From: a virus
Lineage: Duplodnaviria > Caudoviricetes
Virus record (IMG/VR): IMGVR_UViG_3300027734_000080
Location: 1-58,074 of that record
DNA length: 58,074 bases
Reading direction: 5' to 3' (one strand)
The stretch's first letter is position 1. Each line of letters begins with the position of its first letter. Shown piece after piece: positions 56,740 to 58,074 of this stretch. The notes beneath the pieces were generated by a model. It searched no databases, was not told the DNA's origin, and saw only the letters and a program-made list of their open reading frames with translations. The position numbers and the translations under genes were made by a program.

Positions 56740-58074
56740 ATGGCTAATTTCCCAGTATTTCACGGTATTACCCTTGCGGCTAATGCCTACGTAGAAAACC
56801 TCAACCTAGAAATCTTATCTGCTGACCCCAGCCCCGTTGCTGCTGGCCGTCTGTGGTTCAACAGCACCGACAAAGTAATCCGCTATTCGGCTCTGAACAG
56901 CTCTGGCGCTGTGGTGATTCGCACCATCAAGGACGCTGAGTCTGCTGCTACTGAGTTGGCCGCTGTTCAAGCATCCGTTACCGCTGAAGCAACCCGTGCC
57001 CAGTCTGCTGAAGGCACCATTGCTTCTAACCTGTCTGCTGAGATCACACGCGCTACTGCTGCTGAAGCTGCTCTGGACGCTAAAATTGATCAAGCTAAAG
57101 CTGACTTGCTCGGCGGTATCCCTCCTTCGGTTTTGGACACCATCACCGAATTAGCTCAAGCTCTTGAGAACAATCCTGACATCATCAACGTGCTTGAAGG
57201 CATGATTGGTGACGTTCAAGACAACTTGGACGCTGAAGTTACCCGTGCTACCGCTGCTGAAGCTGCTCTGTCTGGCCGCATCACCACTGAAGTTTCTGAT
57301 CGCCAAGCCGCTGTTAGCGCAGAAGCCTCTACCCGCGCCGCTGCTGACTCAGCTTTGGACAGCCGTGTTTCTACCGTTGAAGGCCAAGTAAACGGCAAGA
57401 TCGGTAACCTGAACAGCCTGACCACTACTGACAAGTCAACCATCGTTGCTGCTGTAAACGAAGTTAACGCTGGCCTGACTAGCGAAATTGCTCGTGCTCA
57501 AGGCGCAGAACAGACCCTGACAACCGACTTAGCTGCTGAAGTTACCCGCGCTACTGGCGTGGAAGCTGGCTTGCGTACAGACCTTACTGCCGAAATTGCC
57601 GCACGTCAATCCGCTGTTTCCGCTGAAGCTACCGCTCGCGCCGCTGGTGATGCTACCAATGCAGCCGCCATTGCTACCGAGAAGTCACGCGCTGAAGGCG
57701 TTGAGGCTGGCCTCCGCACCGATCTGACTGCTGAAATTGCTCGTGCACAAGCTGCCGAGCAAACCAACGCTACTGCAATCGCCACCGAGAAGTCGCGTGC
57801 CGAAGGCGTAGAGGCTGGTCTGCGTTCTGATCTGTCTGCCGAGATCACCAACCGTCAAGCCGCTGTTACTGCTGAAGAGTCTGCTCGCCAAGCTGCTGAT
57901 GCATCGTTGCGTACTGACCTGAACACAGAAATTGCTGCACGTCAGTCTGGCGACCAAACTAACGCCACTGCTATCGCTACTGAAAAGAGCCGCGCAGAAG
58001 GTGTTGAAGCTGGTCTGCGTACCGACTTAACAACTGAGATTGCTGACCGCCAAGCTGCCGTTTCTGCTGAAGCC
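56740..58074 (+). CDS. Long coiled-coil fibre protein, truncated at the window end
   Basis: Not in the track because it has no stop; GGAG RBS; MANFPVFHG...GRLWFN...LDTITELA, then E..R..AE repeats. Confidence 0.85.
   Translation, partial: MANFPVFHGITLAANAYVENLNLEILSADPSPVAAGRLWFNSTDKVIRYSALNSSGAVVIRTIKDAESAATELAAVQASVTAEATRAQSAEGTIASNLSAEITRATAAEAALDAKIDQAKADLLGGIPPSVLDTITELAQALENNPDIINVLEGMIGDVQDNLDAEVTRATAAEAALSGRITTEVSDRQAAVSAEASTRAAADSALDSRVSTVEGQVNGKIGNLNSLTTTDKSTIVAAVNEVNAGLTSEIARAQGAEQTLTTDLAAEVTRATGVEAGLRTDLTAEIAARQSAVSAEATARAAGDATNAAAIATEKSRAEGVEAGLRTDLTAEIARAQAAEQTNATAIATEKSRAEGVEAGLRSDLSAEITNRQAAVTAEESARQAADASLRTDLNTEIAARQSGDQTNATAIATEKSRAEGVEAGLRTDLTTEIADRQAAVSAEA
57520..58074 (+). 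repeat. Tandem TEKSRAEGVEAGLR coding repeats
   Basis: Near-identical DNA units around 57676, 57784 and 57979. Confidence 0.8.

Larger units (their letters stand above)
1..58074. mobile_element. Tailed dsDNA phage genome, podovirus-like, near complete, probably lytic
   Basis: Terminase, portal, capsid, lysozyme, helicase and fibre genes all present; no host genes; both window ends lie in fibre genes; no integrase or CI seen. Confidence 0.95.

Noticed and set aside
447-57957. Numerous antisense or nested ORFs in the track
   Set aside because: Shadows of well-supported genes on the other strand or frame
1-58074. Stop-codon recoding
   Set aside because: Core genes are intact in the standard code and TAA, TGA and TAG all end genes

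Overview
The whole window is a tailed dsDNA bacteriophage (Caudoviricetes) genome, apparently near complete and linearised inside the fibre region. It looks podovirus-like: P22-style ejection genes are present and there is no tape measure, sheath or tube. Gene order: fibre genes (1-6956), lysis genes (6966-8799), tail and ejection genes (9000-20102), a leftward recombination block (20179-23775), a Cro-like HTH, replication genes and an orphan glycosyltransferase (23914-28974), an array of small early genes (29077-36540), a leftward Ntn-protease plus metallophosphoesterase pair, terminase, a tandem ADP-ribosyltransferase-like protein, portal, GroES, scaffold, capsid and further fibre genes. The last ORF is cut off in a coiled-coil repeat. 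I found no integrase, CI repressor, tRNA, CRISPR array or reverse transcriptase. Most notable signals: (1) two related C4/CI-like antisense RNA switches that share a core but have different loop/target pairs, the second followed by about 260 nt of hairpin-rich non-coding sequence between terminase and portal; (2) three near-identical promoter/operator cassettes heading early genes, with a TTAAC-N5-GTTAA operator recurring elsewhere; (3) an xxxGG motif repeated across virion proteins, often at domain boundaries; (4) a duplicated ART module; (5) a TAGT-type glycosyltransferase with no visible partner enzyme. All calls come from reading motifs by eye; no searches or folding programs were run.
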